Source of the DNA: an uncultured delta proteobacterium
GTDB lineage: Bacteria; Desulfobacterota; Binatia; Binatales; Binataceae
DNA: 64,000 nucleotides
NCBI GenBank assembly: GCA_963808235.1
Contig: CAWEEQ010000002.1
Span: 64,001 to 128,000, forward strand
Direction: 5' to 3'
A program made the translations under genes and the position numbers. Numbering within the stretch: the stretch's first letter is position 1; each line of letters starts with the position of its first letter. Positions 30,375 to 40,831 of the stretch are shown here, piece by piece. The notes beneath the pieces were generated by a model, which saw only the letters and a list, made by a program, of their open reading frames with translations, did no database searches and was not told the origin of the DNA.

Positions 30375-32195
30375 GTGAACCAATCCATCATAACTCTGAT
30401 CGGCGTGCCGATCGCCGGATTCGCAATCGCGGCGGGCACGATACCGCTCGCGCGGCGAATCGGCTTGAGGCTCGGGATCACGGCCGAGCGTAGCGCGGAT
30501 TCCGAGCCGAGCGAGCGAGTGCCGGTCTTCGGAGGCGCGGCGATCATTGCGGGGATAGTCGGCGCGCTCGCGATGTTCGGAGTGCTGCCGGAGTGGGTGG
30601 CCTTTTGCGCGGTGGCGATGTGGATAGTCGGCGTGATCGACGATGCGCGCGAATTGCGCCCGCGTGAAAAACTCGCCGCGCAGGTAATCGTCGCGATCGC
30701 GGTCGTCATTGCGCTGCCGCGAGTTGCGCTGTCGCCGTGGCCGGCGCTTGATTTCGCGCTGGCGGTCTTGTGGCTGACGGCGATCAGCAACGCGTTCAAC
30801 TTGATCGACGGCCTCGACGGCCTCGCCGCCGGCACCGGCATCATCGCCGGCGCCGCGCTCGCCTTGACCGGAATCGTGCTGCACGACGCGGCGCTGGCGA
30901 CGGTTGGACTCGCGGTGGCGGGAGCACTCGGCGGATTCCTGGTCTTCAATTTTTATCCGGCGTCGATTTTCATGGGCGATGCGGGCGCGCTCTCGGTCGG
31001 GATGCTGCTCGGCGTGCTGTCTCTCCACGGCGGCGTCCTCGCCGCAACCAACTCACGGCTGACGAAATTCGTCTATCCGATCCTCATGATGCTGATGCCG
31101 CTGCTGGACACTAGCATCGTGAGCGTCACCCGGCTGGCGACGGGCAACTCGGTCTCGCGGCACGGGCTCGACCATTCGCACAATCGACTGCTGTCGCTGG
31201 GGCTATCCGGGCAATCGGCGGTGACGGTCGGATGGTCAATCGCGGCGGTCGGCGCCACCTGCGCGGTGGTGGCGAGCATGCTACCGCATGCGTACCTGCT
31301 GACGATTCTGCCGTTTGCGATGGTCGCGGGCGCGACGATTGCGCTCTTCATGATGGACCTCACCTTCGACACGAACCCGCCGGGACTCGCTTACGGCTAC
31401 GGCCGGGGAGTCGCGCGGTTCATCCTGAGTTTCGGTTACAAGCGCCGCATCGCGGAGGCGTTGGTGGATGTCGCTCTGATCAGCGCCGCCTATTTCGGGG
31501 CTAACCTGCTCCGGCGAAATTTTGCGATCGACGATCTGATGGTCAATGCGCTGATGTACAGCCTGCCCGGGGTGCTGCTCGCGACTTATCCGGCGTTCAT
31601 CATTGCGGGCATCTACCGCGGTATCTGGCGTTACACCGGGCTGTCGGATGGAATTCGTTTCGCCAATGGCGCGGTGCTGGCGGGAATCTTTATCGTGCCG
31701 GCGTCGATGCTTCTGCCGATCGATCTTTCCGGTTCGATTCTGGTCCTCTACGTCATCCTGATTTTCAATTTGCTGGTGCTGACACGCTCGTCGTTCCAGA
31801 CCATCCGGCGCGCTATCGGTTACCTGGCTGCACCAACCGAGCGTGTGGTCGTGGTCGGCGCCGGCAGAATAGGCATGGCGGCGGTGGGCTACCTGTTTTC
31901 CGAACGGCGCCAGGAGATCCGGCTGGTCGGATTTATCGACGATGACGGATTCAAGCTGGGCAAGCTGGTGCATGGCCAGCGCGTGCTGGGGAGCTCGGCC
32001 GACCTCGAGCGTGTCTACCGCGCGTCGCCATTCGACCAGGTGCTGATCGCCGTCGACGAGATCAGCGACGAGCGGCTCCGGCGGATCGACGATTTTGCGC
32101 GCCGCCACCAGCTCGTGGTGCGCAGGTTCTCGATCGCGCTGAGCGACGTTCGCGACGGGCCGTCGGCGCTTTCGATAGTGGAAAAGCGGGCCTAA
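30375..32195 (+). CDS. MraY/WecA-family phosphoglycosyltransferase fused to a membrane plus Rossmann-like module
   Basis: GVIDD, NAFNLIDGLDGLA, IFMGDAG and DHSHNRL. C-terminal GIYRGIWRY, VVVGAG and VGFIDDD. Confidence 0.88.
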   Translation: MNQSIITLIGVPIAGFAIAAGTIPLARRIGLRLGITAERSADSEPSERVPVFGGAAIIAGIVGALAMFGVLPEWVAFCAVAMWIVGVIDDARELRPREKLAAQVIVAIAVVIALPRVALSPWPALDFALAVLWLTAISNAFNLIDGLDGLAAGTGIIAGAALALTGIVLHDAALATVGLAVAGALGGFLVFNFYPASIFMGDAGALSVGMLLGVLSLHGGVLAATNSRLTKFVYPILMMLMPLLDTSIVSVTRLATGNSVSRHGLDHSHNRLLSLGLSGQSAVTVGWSIAAVGATCAVVASMLPHAYLLTILPFAMVAGATIALFMMDLTFDTNPPGLAYGYGRGVARFILSFGYKRRIAEALVDVALISAAYFGANLLRRNFAIDDLMVNALMYSLPGVLLATYPAFIIAGIYRGIWRYTGLSDGIRFANGAVLAGIFIVPASMLLPIDLSGSILVLYVILIFNLLVLTRSSFQTIRRAIGYLAAPTERVVVVGAGRIGMAAVGYLFSERRQEIRLVGFIDDDGFKLGKLVHGQRVLGSSADLERVYRASPFDQVLIAVDEISDERLRRIDDFARRHQLVVRRFSIALSDVRDGPSALSIVEKRA

Positions 32196-32226
32196 TCGAG
32201 CCGCGTTTCCGCCAACAAAACCGGCT

Positions 32227-35200
32227 TCAGTTTGCCTGGAGCAGGGTTCCTTTCTTCAGTGCTCGCTCCTTCATGATCGCGAAGAACACCGGCACCAGTA
32301 TCAGGACGTGAATCGTCGAGGTGATCATTCCGCCGACGATCGGCGCGGCGATTGGCTTCATCACATCCGAGCCGATACCGCTTTCCCACAGAATCGGCGC
32401 GAGACTGAGCATCACGACTGCCACCGTCATAAGCTTCGGCCGGAGCCGCTGAACGGCGCCTTCGATGACCGCGGCCTCGACGCCTTCGTGAGTGAGTTCG
32501 CCGGCGGCAATGTGCCGATTCAGAGCTTCGTGCAGATAGATCACCATGACCACGCCAGTCTCGACTGCGATCCCGAACAACGCGATGTACCCAACCCACA
32601 CGGCGACGCTGAAGTTGAAGCCCATCATGTATTGGAGCAGCAGGCCGCCCGTCATCGCGTACACGGTCGGAAGGATAAGCACGATCGCTTCGCTCATCGA
32701 TTGGAAGAGCATGTAGAGCAGGACAAAGATCAGAAGAAAAACGATCGGCAGGATGACCGCCAGGCGCTTTCGCGCGCGCAACTGGAACTCGTACTCTCCC
32801 GACCATTTGAGAGTGTAACCGGCCGGCAGACGGAGCTGCAGATCGAGCACGCGCTGCGCGTTGTCAACGTAGCTGCCGTAGTCCGACGTCGCGAGGTCAA
32901 CGTAAACGTATCCGGTAAGCTGCCCGTCTTCATCGCGAATCATTGACGGCCCCGGGCTCAAGTCGATGCGCGCGACCTCTCCGAGCGGGATCTGCGCGCC
33001 TGTCGGCGTCATGATCAGTATGCGGCGAAGCGCGCTGAGGTCGTTGCGATAATCTGCGAGATAGCGAACGTTGATCGAGTAACGCTCGCGTCCTTCGACC
33101 GTGGTCGCGATATTCTCGCCGCCCATGCCGGAACTGACTGCCCGCTGAACGTCACCGACCGTCAGGCCATACCTCGACGCGACCGCGCGGTCGACATTAA
33201 CGTTGATGTAGAAGCCTTGTGAGACCCGTTCGGCGAAGATTCCGCGCGTGCCCGAAACGGGACCTAGTATCTCTTCGATCTGCGAACCGATCTGCTGGAT
33301 CCGATCGACATCGGGGCCCTGAATTTTGAGTCCGACCGGAGTTTTGATCCCGGTCAGCTCCATATCGAGGCGGTTCTCGACCGGCATCGTCCAGGAGTTC
33401 GACAAACCAGGAAAATGCAGCCGGTCGTCCATCTCGGCGATGAGCTGGTCGTAGGTCATGCCTTTTCGCCACTGGTCACGAGGCCTCAGCATGATCGTCG
33501 TGTCGTACATGTCCAGCGGCGCATTGTCGGTGGCGCTATCCGATCGCCCGACCGAGCCGAATACACTCTCGACCTCGGGAAATGTGCGGATGATCTGGTC
33601 CTGCTTCTGCATCAAATCCACCGCTGACGAGATCGAAATCCCCGGCAGGGCAGTCGGCATGTACAGGCTTGATCCTTCATACAGAGGCGGCATGAACTGA
33701 CTACCGATCTTGAACAGCAGCGGGATCGTGAGCAGCAAAAAAATCACATTGGCGGCGATCGTCATCGCGCGATGACGCAGGCACCATCGGATGACCGGCA
33801 GATAAATCGTCTGGAAGAACCGCGAGATGGGGTTGTCTTCCTCGGGGCGCAGGCGCTTGCCACGGATGAAGAGGACCATCAGCACCGGGACCACGGTGAT
33901 CGCGAGAACCGACGAGAAGGCGATCGCGAAGGACTTCGTATAGGCCAGCGGGCGGAACATCCGGCCCTCCTGCGACTCGAGCAGGAATACCGGCAGGAAC
34001 GAAACGACAATAATAATAAGCGAGAAGAAGATCGGGCGGCCGACCTGCTTCGCCGCCGATAGCAGGATTTGCTGGCGTTCAGATCCAGAAACCGACTCGC
34101 CTTTCAGCGATGCCTGGTGCTGAGCCTCCGATAGGTGCCGGTATCCGTTCTCGACCATCACGATCGAAGCATCGACCAGCACGCCAATCGCCAGCGCCAA
34201 GCCGCCGAGCGACATGATGTTCGAGCTGATCTGCAGGTAATACATCGGAATAAATGTCGCGATGACCGCGATCGGCAGCGCAAGAATCGGGATCAGCGCC
34301 GATCGAAGATGGAAGAGGAAAACGATGATCACGAGACTTACAATAATTGCCTCTTCGAGCAGGTCGCGTTTCAGCGTGTTGATCGATTCCTGGATGAGTC
34401 CGGATCGATCGTAGCCGGCGACGATTTCGACGCCTGGCGGAAGAGTCTTTCGAATCTGAGCGAGCTTTTGCTTGACCCCGTCGATGACGGTGAGCGCATT
34501 CTGCCCATAGCGCATCACAACGATCCCGCCGACTGTCTCGCCGTCGCCGTTCCACTCCGCCGCGCCCTCGCGCAGATCGGGGCCCAGGCTGACGACGCCC
34601 AAGTCTCGTATCAGCACGGGTGTGCCGTTGTTGGTCGCGACCGAAATTTCTTCAAGGTCTGTTACCGAATGGACGTAGCCGAGGCCCCGGATCATGTAGT
34701 CCGCTCCCGACATCTCGAGCACGCGCCCACCGACTTCTCCGTTGCTATCGCGGATTTTGTCGATCACCGTTTCCAGCGGAACCTTGAGCGCGAGCAGCCG
34801 ATTCGGATCGAGCTTGACCTGGTACTGCTTTACGAAGCCGCCGATAGTGGCGACCTCCGAGACGCCCGGCACGGTTTCGAGCGCATAGCGGACGTTCCAA
34901 TCCTGCAAGCTGCGCAGGTCGGCGAGACTGTGCGTGTGACTCTTGTCGACGAGTGCATATTCGTAAACCCAACCTGCGCCAGTCGCGTCCGGCCCGATGG
35001 CGGGATTCACTCCGGCAGGAAGCTTGCCTGTGATCTGCTGCAGGTATTCCAGCACCCGGCTCCGCGCCCAGTAGATGTCGGTGCCGTCTTCGAACACCAC
35101 GAACACGTATGAATCGTTGGGCATCGTCTGCGCGCGAACCGCCTTCACATGTGGCGCGGCGAGCATCGCGGTGACGATCGGATAGGTAACCTGATCTTCG

Positions 35201-35382
35201 ATGAGATTAGGTGGCTGGCCCATCCATTCGGTGTGGATGATCACCTGGACGTCGGAGATGTCCGGCAGCGCGTCGAGCGGAATCCGATCGAGCGACCAGA
35301 CGCCCGCGAGTAGCAGCGCCAGCACCCCGAAGAACAACAGAAAGCGGTTCGCGTCACACCAGTCGATAGTTCGTTCGATCAC
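32227..35382 (-). CDS. cusA: Heavy-metal (Cu/Ag) RND efflux permease
   Basis: LDALPDISDVQV, WARSRVLEYL, GPDATG, LVDASIVMVEN, Met-containing MPPLYEG/APLDM and RLRPKLMT. Confidence 0.93.
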   Translation of the reverse strand: MIERTIDWCDANRFLLFFGVLALLLAGVWSLDRIPLDALPDISDVQVIIHTEWMGQPPNLIEDQVTYPIVTAMLAAPHVKAVRAQTMPNDSYVFVVFEDGTDIYWARSRVLEYLQQITGKLPAGVNPAIGPDATGAGWVYEYALVDKSHTHSLADLRSLQDWNVRYALETVPGVSEVATIGGFVKQYQVKLDPNRLLALKVPLETVIDKIRDSNGEVGGRVLEMSGADYMIRGLGYVHSVTDLEEISVATNNGTPVLIRDLGVVSLGPDLREGAAEWNGDGETVGGIVVMRYGQNALTVIDGVKQKLAQIRKTLPPGVEIVAGYDRSGLIQESINTLKRDLLEEAIIVSLVIIVFLFHLRSALIPILALPIAVIATFIPMYYLQISSNIMSLGGLALAIGVLVDASIVMVENGYRHLSEAQHQASLKGESVSGSERQQILLSAAKQVGRPIFFSLIIIVVSFLPVFLLESQEGRMFRPLAYTKSFAIAFSSVLAITVVPVLMVLFIRGKRLRPEEDNPISRFFQTIYLPVIRWCLRHRAMTIAANVIFLLLTIPLLFKIGSQFMPPLYEGSSLYMPTALPGISISSAVDLMQKQDQIIRTFPEVESVFGSVGRSDSATDNAPLDMYDTTIMLRPRDQWRKGMTYDQLIAEMDDRLHFPGLSNSWTMPVENRLDMELTGIKTPVGLKIQGPDVDRIQQIGSQIEEILGPVSGTRGIFAERVSQGFYINVNVDRAVASRYGLTVGDVQRAVSSGMGGENIATTVEGRERYSINVRYLADYRNDLSALRRILIMTPTGAQIPLGEVARIDLSPGPSMIRDEDGQLTGYVYVDLATSDYGSYVDNAQRVLDLQLRLPAGYTLKWSGEYEFQLRARKRLAVILPIVFLLIFVLLYMLFQSMSEAIVLILPTVYAMTGGLLLQYMMGFNFSVAVWVGYIALFGIAVETGVVMVIYLHEALNRHIAAGELTHEGVEAAVIEGAVQRLRPKLMTVAVVMLSLAPILWESGIGSDVMKPIAAPIVGGMITSTIHVLILVPVFFAIMKERALKKGTLLQAN

Positions 35383-35391
35383 GTTCTTCCC

Positions 35392-36870
35392 TCACATCGC
35401 CATAGAGCCGCTGGCTGACACGTCCATCTGTTTGGTCGCGATCGGATGGCCGTTTTTCGACGCGGCGATTGTCAGGCTCCAGGTGCCACCGCTGGGCAGT
35501 TCGATATTCGCGGCGTACGCACCGTTTCCTTGATCATCGCCGATGCCTTGCGCACGCATCGCTGCCATTCCCATCGCCGGCATCGCCGCCATGTAGAAGG
35601 ACACCGTCACTTGCGCGCCCGGGATTGGCGCGCCTTTTGAATCGCGCAGCGTCACAATCGCCTTATTGTGGCCGCGTACGAGAGGATTGGGCTCACTGGT
35701 GAATTCGATTTTTGCTTGCGCGATCGCCTCGGCAGTTTGTTCGCCTTCATTTGCACCCACGCCCGGCGGCGGCGGAACGAAAGCACCGGCGGCAGCCTGG
35801 AGTTGGCTTTCCGAATCGATCAGAAAATTGGCCGAACTGACGATCCGCTGGCCCGGTGCAAGTCCCTTGAGCACGATGAATTCGTCGCCGACGTGCGATC
35901 CCAATTCGACGTTGATGGGCGTGAGATAGCCGTCGCCGCGGTCGATGAAAGCGACGTTGTGCGTGCCGGTGCGCAGAACCGCGGTGTCCGGGATGGCGGT
36001 TTGTTCGCCCATCGGCAGGTCGAGCGCAACGTGCGCGAACATCCCGGGAAGAAGCTGACCCTTGGGGTTGTTGAACTCGCATCGAACCTTGGCGGTGCGA
36101 GTCATCGGATCGATTTGCGGCTGGATGAAATCGACTCGTCCATCGAAGCTCATGCCCGGATAGCCATCAACGGTAACGGTTGCAGGATCCCCCGGACGAA
36201 CCTTTCCGATCTCGTCCTGAAACACCGCCGCGTAGATCCATACCTTTGACAAGTCGGTGATCGTGAACAGGCGCGTGTCCGGTTGCACGTACATGTTGGG
36301 CAGCGCGTTGCGCTCGACGATGTATCCGCTCATGGGGGAGTCTATCTCGACGGCGCGGCGCACGGTTCGCTCGCGCTCCAGGCGCGCGATCTCGCGCGGC
36401 GACACGTTCCACAGCTTCAGACGTTCCGCGGCGGAATCGACCAGCGATGATGCGTCCGTGGTTACGTCCGCGACCGGGCTATTGCTGACGCGCTTGCGAG
36501 CGTCGACGGCAAGCAGATATTCGTTCTCCGTACTCACCAGGTCCGGGCTGTAAATCGTAAACAAAGGCTGGCCCCGGCGGACGTATTGATAGGTCGAATT
36601 CGCGAACACTTGCTCGATCCATCCGGCGAAACGCGTCTGCACGTAGCCTTGCAGCCGTTCGTCGGGCTCGATGTTTCCGGTCGTATCGAGGCGATCGCTG
36701 ACGTCTTTTCGAGCAACGGTAGCGAACTTGAGCCCGATCAACTGTCGCCGCTCCGGAGCGATCCGTATTGGCGCGAGTTGGGAATCAGCTCCGTACGCGA
36801 TTGTCGCCGCGAGCAACATCAGTACCAGGGAGACAATGCAGGCTCGCGAGTGTGACGAGTCGTAATTCAT
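35392..36870 (-). CDS. CusB-like membrane fusion protein with a C-terminal YtkA/FixH-like Met-rich domain
   Basis: GQPLFTIYSPDLV, LLPGMFA and ANFLIDSES, then MAAMPAMGMAAM...GNGAYAANIELPSGGTW. Confidence 0.88.
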   Translation of the reverse strand: MNYDSSHSRACIVSLVLMLLAATIAYGADSQLAPIRIAPERRQLIGLKFATVARKDVSDRLDTTGNIEPDERLQGYVQTRFAGWIEQVFANSTYQYVRRGQPLFTIYSPDLVSTENEYLLAVDARKRVSNSPVADVTTDASSLVDSAAERLKLWNVSPREIARLERERTVRRAVEIDSPMSGYIVERNALPNMYVQPDTRLFTITDLSKVWIYAAVFQDEIGKVRPGDPATVTVDGYPGMSFDGRVDFIQPQIDPMTRTAKVRCEFNNPKGQLLPGMFAHVALDLPMGEQTAIPDTAVLRTGTHNVAFIDRGDGYLTPINVELGSHVGDEFIVLKGLAPGQRIVSSANFLIDSESQLQAAAGAFVPPPPGVGANEGEQTAEAIAQAKIEFTSEPNPLVRGHNKAIVTLRDSKGAPIPGAQVTVSFYMAAMPAMGMAAMRAQGIGDDQGNGAYAANIELPSGGTWSLTIAASKNGHPIATKQMDVSASGSMAM

Positions 36871-38195
36871 TTTCGGTCACCGATTATCTGTTGAATTTTG
36901 GCGATTGCGATCTCGTGGTCAGCGAGGCTGCGGTAGTACTCCTGCCGGAGGTTCTGTAAATCGAGAACCGACGAGAGCAACGTCTGGAAATCGACTTTGC
37001 CGACTCGATACGCAGACATCGCCGAGGCCTGCGAAGTTTCAGCCTGCGGTATAAGGCCGTCGCGATAGATCGACATGATCCGCTCCGCAGTGCGCATCGC
37101 GACCAGGCTGCTTTCCGCGTCCGAGGAAACCTGCAGTTGAGTTGCATGGGTCTGCTCGCGCGCAGACTCGGCTTCAAGCGCGGCCTGCTCGATTGCGGGC
37201 GTTTGCTTGCGCCAGAAATAGAGCGGAACCTTCGCGCCCAGATTCAGCATGTAGTAGTCGCGGAATCCGGGGCCGGTCTTTTCGTACGAATATCCGACCG
37301 TGAAGTCCGGCCAGTATCCCCGATGCGCGAGCTTCAACGCTTCCGCACTGCGGGCTTCCATAGCTCGATTCGCTGCTAGGTCAGGCGAGCCAGCATCGCT
37401 GAGCTGCGCGAGCTGCGCCGGATCGAGATCCAGGCGTGTCGCCTCAACCTCGCCGATATCCACATTCCGCGAGTCCGGATCGCGCCCGAGTAGTTGCTTG
37501 AGTTCGAGCTGTTCCTGGTCCTCTTCCTGATGATGCATCGCGTGCTCCTTCAGGATTTCTGTGGTCTGGAGTTGCGCCTTGATCAGGTCCTGCTGGAGAC
37601 CGCGACCCACGCGATACCTCGTTTCCGCGATCTGCTTGATCTGCTGGAGCTCGTCCTGATTGCGATCGAGAATCTTGAGCGTCTTCGCGTGGTAGAACAG
37701 TTCGAAGTAGATCTCCTTGACCTTTTCCTCGACCGCACGACCCGCCGCTTCGTAGCGATGCCTTGAGTAGTCGGCGTCTTTTTCCGCCTCGGACTTCTGT
37801 AATCGGAGCTTGCCGGGACCCGGGATGTCCTGCGAGACGCCAAAGCCGGTGTAGTAGAAATCGCTGCTTTCATAACCCGAGAACGGCTGCGGGCTTCCCA
37901 CCGTGAAATGCTGCAGAGACACCTGTGGATCGGGCAGTGTCGACGCCTGGATCGGGACCTTCGTCTGGGCCTGCCAGTGGCTTCGAGCCGCCAGGACGAT
38001 GGGACTACGGGCGAGTGCCTCATCGACTAGCGCGCGCAGACTATCGGAATTGACAGGCGCTTCAATCGAATGAGCGCTATCCTGTGCGTGTCCCGCCAAG
38101 GGAATCGCGGTCAGGATTGTGGTAGCGATCGTCGCTGCTATCAAGTTTCGCGCCGCATTACGGCGAATGCTTCCCGCTGATTTCACAAATTCCAA
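36867..38195 (-). CDS. TolC-family outer-membrane efflux protein
   Basis: Signal peptide, LPDPQVS, SQDIPGPGK, YWPDF and YRVGKVDFQTLL. First large gene of the efflux operon. Confidence 0.88.
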   Translation of the reverse strand: MEFVKSAGSIRRNAARNLIAATIATTILTAIPLAGHAQDSAHSIEAPVNSDSLRALVDEALARSPIVLAARSHWQAQTKVPIQASTLPDPQVSLQHFTVGSPQPFSGYESSDFYYTGFGVSQDIPGPGKLRLQKSEAEKDADYSRHRYEAAGRAVEEKVKEIYFELFYHAKTLKILDRNQDELQQIKQIAETRYRVGRGLQQDLIKAQLQTTEILKEHAMHHQEEDQEQLELKQLLGRDPDSRNVDIGEVEATRLDLDPAQLAQLSDAGSPDLAANRAMEARSAEALKLAHRGYWPDFTVGYSYEKTGPGFRDYYMLNLGAKVPLYFWRKQTPAIEQAALEAESAREQTHATQLQVSSDAESSLVAMRTAERIMSIYRDGLIPQAETSQASAMSAYRVGKVDFQTLLSSVLDLQNLRQEYYRSLADHEIAIAKIQQIIGDRK

Positions 38196-38368
38196 CCTTC
38201 CAGCCGCGATCGATCACCGCGCGGCCGCGTCTCGCAGATCGAAAATCCACGTCTTTAGCTGCCGATCGGTTCGGCAGACGTCCTCTGGACTGTGGCGACG
38301 GACAGCTACGCGAACTTCCGCGACGGATGCGACACACCCGCGCTTCAACTCGCGCGCTTACGGAAGGT

Positions 38369-38737
38369 TCAGATTTGTCGGGAACAGAGAAGTGCTAACG
38401 AAGCGAGACGGTCAGGTGGTGAGTACCCACGAGCGTCGACGGTGTTCTGCAAGCGCGAAATCGCGATTATGAACGCGGCGACAGGCAGACTTCCGATAGA
38501 ATCGAAATGCTGCGCGTCTTTCGCCTGGCTGGTCGCTCGATCCGGCGCCGCCGGCGCTTTGCAGCAGCTCAGGCTATTTACTGGAGTGCTCCTCGTACAA
38601 TTCGCATCGCAGCACGAGGTTGCGGAGCATCCCATCGCAGACGGCGCGCCGATGCTGAGCGGAAGCATCAGAGCGACAAGAATTATGGCGAGAAAGCGCA
38701 CGACCACCACCGTAGCCGGACCATTCAGCACACGCAA
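38369..38737 (-). CDS. Small Cys-rich putative metal-binding protein upstream of the efflux operon
   Basis: Hydrophobic N-terminus, CSATSCCDANC, SCC and the C-terminal SPPDRLASLALLCSRQI. Confidence 0.6.
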   Translation of the reverse strand: MRVLNGPATVVVVRFLAIILVALMLPLSIGAPSAMGCSATSCCDANCTRSTPVNSLSCCKAPAAPDRATSQAKDAQHFDSIGSLPVAAFIIAISRLQNTVDARGYSPPDRLASLALLCSRQI

Positions 38738-38929
38738 TCTACGGCGACCCTCAAATTGCGCAAACTGCCGTAAGTACCTGACAAATGAGGGTGGTAGCGT
38801 AAGGGCCCATCGGTCTCAAATCCCTGATAGATTGAGTTGGAGAGCACTCGCGGGTGCGTCGCTTTGCGCGCTTGCGCGGGTTAAACTCGGGTTGCGATTA
38901 TTTTCGCTCGGGGGAGTGACGGGAATTCT

Positions 38930-39292
38930 ATGAATCGAGCACGGAAGCCGGTTCGAATCGTCCCCAAAGGATGGGGCCGCGAGGTGTGGATCGCCAACGG
39001 CGATTTGTATTGCGGAAAAATCCTGGAAATTCGCAAGGGCAAGAAGTGCTCGCTGCATTATCACAAGCTCAAAACCGAATCGTTTTATCTGCGCGCCGGT
39101 AAACTGAAAATCCGAATCAAGGAATCGCCCGAAAGCGAAACGATCGAGGAGTTCGAGCTGGTCGCCGGCGAGTGCATGGACGTCCCCAGTGGTTTGGTTC
39201 ATCAGATGGAAGCGATCGAAGATGCCGAGCTGCTGGAATTTTCCACCCAGCACTTCGACACCGATTCACATCGGCTGATTCCTGGTGACTGA
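38930..39292 (+). CDS. Cupin protein (mannose-6-phosphate isomerase-like)
   Basis: VPKGWGRE, SLHYHKLKTESFY, GLVHQM and EFST. Confidence 0.85.
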   Translation: MNRARKPVRIVPKGWGREVWIANGDLYCGKILEIRKGKKCSLHYHKLKTESFYLRAGKLKIRIKESPESETIEEFELVAGECMDVPSGLVHQMEAIEDAELLEFSTQHFDTDSHRLIPGD

Positions 39293-39319
39293 GACGGTGC
39301 GCGGCGGAAGGCGGTCGAG

Positions 39320-40339
39320 ATGGCAAAAGTAGCGTTGATAACCGGCGTCACCGGACAGGACGGTTCCTACCTGGCCGAGTCGCTGCTGAAGAAGGGATAC
39401 CAGGTGCACGGGATGGTGCGGCGCACCTCGAGCTTCGCCACCGGGCGAATCGATCACCTGCGCAAGGGCTACGGGCCCGGCTCCGAAGGTGGTCTGCAAC
39501 TGCATTACGGCGACCTGGGTGACGGGACCGGGCTGCGGCGCATTATCGAGCAGGTGCTTCCCGACGAGGTGTACAACCTGGCGGCGCAATCGCACGTGCG
39601 GATTTCGTTCGATCAACCGGAGTATACGGCCGACGTGGTCGGATTGGGCGCGCTCAGACTGCTGGAGGCGCTGCGCGATCACAACAAGCGCCGTGGCCGC
39701 TCCGCGCGCCTTTACCAGGCGGGATCGTCGGAGATGTTCGGAAAGGCCGCCGAAGCCCCGCAGCGCGAGACCACGCCGTTCCATCCGCGCAGTCCGTACG
39801 CATGCGCGAAAGTCTATGCGCACTGGCAGACGATCAACTATCGCGAGGCATACGGGCTGTTCGCCTGCAACGGAATTCTGTTCAATCACGAGTCGCCGCG
39901 ACGCGGCGAAAATTTCGTCACCCGCAAGATCACGCGCAGCGCGACGCGGATCAAGCTCGGGATCCAGGAAAAGCTCGCGCTTGGAAATCTCGACGCGCAG
40001 CGCGACTGGGGATTCGCCGGCGATTACGTCGAGGCGATGTGGCTGATGCTGCAGCAGGAGAAACCCGACGACTACGTTATCGCGACCGGCGAAACACATA
40101 CGGTTCAGGAGTTCCTCGAAGTGGTCTTCGATCGCCTGAAGCTGAAGGTGAAGGATCACGTGGAGATCGATCAGCGGTTTTTCCGTCCCGCGGAAGTCGA
40201 TTTGCTGGTCGGAGACGCGTCGAAGGCGAAGCGGATGCTCGGATGGGAAGCGAAGGTCAAGTTTGAGCGGCTCGCCGAGCTGATGGTCGAAGCGGATCTG
40301 GAACTTGCCGAACGCGAACTGCGCGGCAAGGGGCAATAG
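39320..40339 (+). CDS. gmd: GDP-mannose 4,6-dehydratase
   Basis: [46 protein letters not shown] and RDWG. Confidence 0.97.
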   Translation: MAKVALITGVTGQDGSYLAESLLKKGYQVHGMVRRTSSFATGRIDHLRKGYGPGSEGGLQLHYGDLGDGTGLRRIIEQVLPDEVYNLAAQSHVRISFDQPEYTADVVGLGALRLLEALRDHNKRRGRSARLYQAGSSEMFGKAAEAPQRETTPFHPRSPYACAKVYAHWQTINYREAYGLFACNGILFNHESPRRGENFVTRKITRSATRIKLGIQEKLALGNLDAQRDWGFAGDYVEAMWLMLQQEKPDDYVIATGETHTVQEFLEVVFDRLKLKVKDHVEIDQRFFRPAEVDLLVGDASKAKRMLGWEAKVKFERLAELMVEADLELAERELRGKGQ

Positions 40340-40340
40340 T

Positions 40341-40766
40341 TCAAGTCCTCAGCTTGATCGCCACGGCCTGGATGCGACTATCTGCGGCTGACGCGTCCGG
40401 CTGCTCGATCAGCTCAAACAGATGGCCGCTGGGATCTTCGAAATAAATGCCACGACCGCCGTGCACGCGATTGATCTCGCCGAGTCCTTTACCATCGAAG
40501 GCAGCATAGAAGTCGATGCATGCGCGGATGATCCGTCCGAGGGCAGCGTCGAATTCCGCGTCGGCGACGAGGAAGGCGCACTGAAACGCCCAGCATCCTC
40601 TGGGTTCGGAAAAATCGAGCGTTAACCCATCGCTGGTGCGAATGCGAACTAGTTGGCCCGAGTCATCCTGCACTTCCAATCCGAAAATATAAGCGAGTAG
40701 TCGGGCCGTCGCGCGTTTGTCCTCCGCCGGAATGACGACGTGGTTAACTTCGACGGCTATGCTCAC
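40341..40766 (-). CDS. VOC/glyoxalase-family protein
   Basis: VNHVVIPA, AFLVADAEFD and GGRGIYFEDPSGHLFELI. Start codon uncertain. Confidence 0.8.
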   Translation of the reverse strand: MSIAVEVNHVVIPAEDKRATARLLAYIFGLEVQDDSGQLVRIRTSDGLTLDFSEPRGCWAFQCAFLVADAEFDAALGRIIRACIDFYAAFDGKGLGEINRVHGGRGIYFEDPSGHLFELIEQPDASAADSRIQAVAIKLRT

Positions 40767-40831
40767 CGCCGGTCTCTGACGACGAGCGCATCTTGTGGGA
40801 ACCGGCTGCATCGACTGTCGTCCGATCGCGG

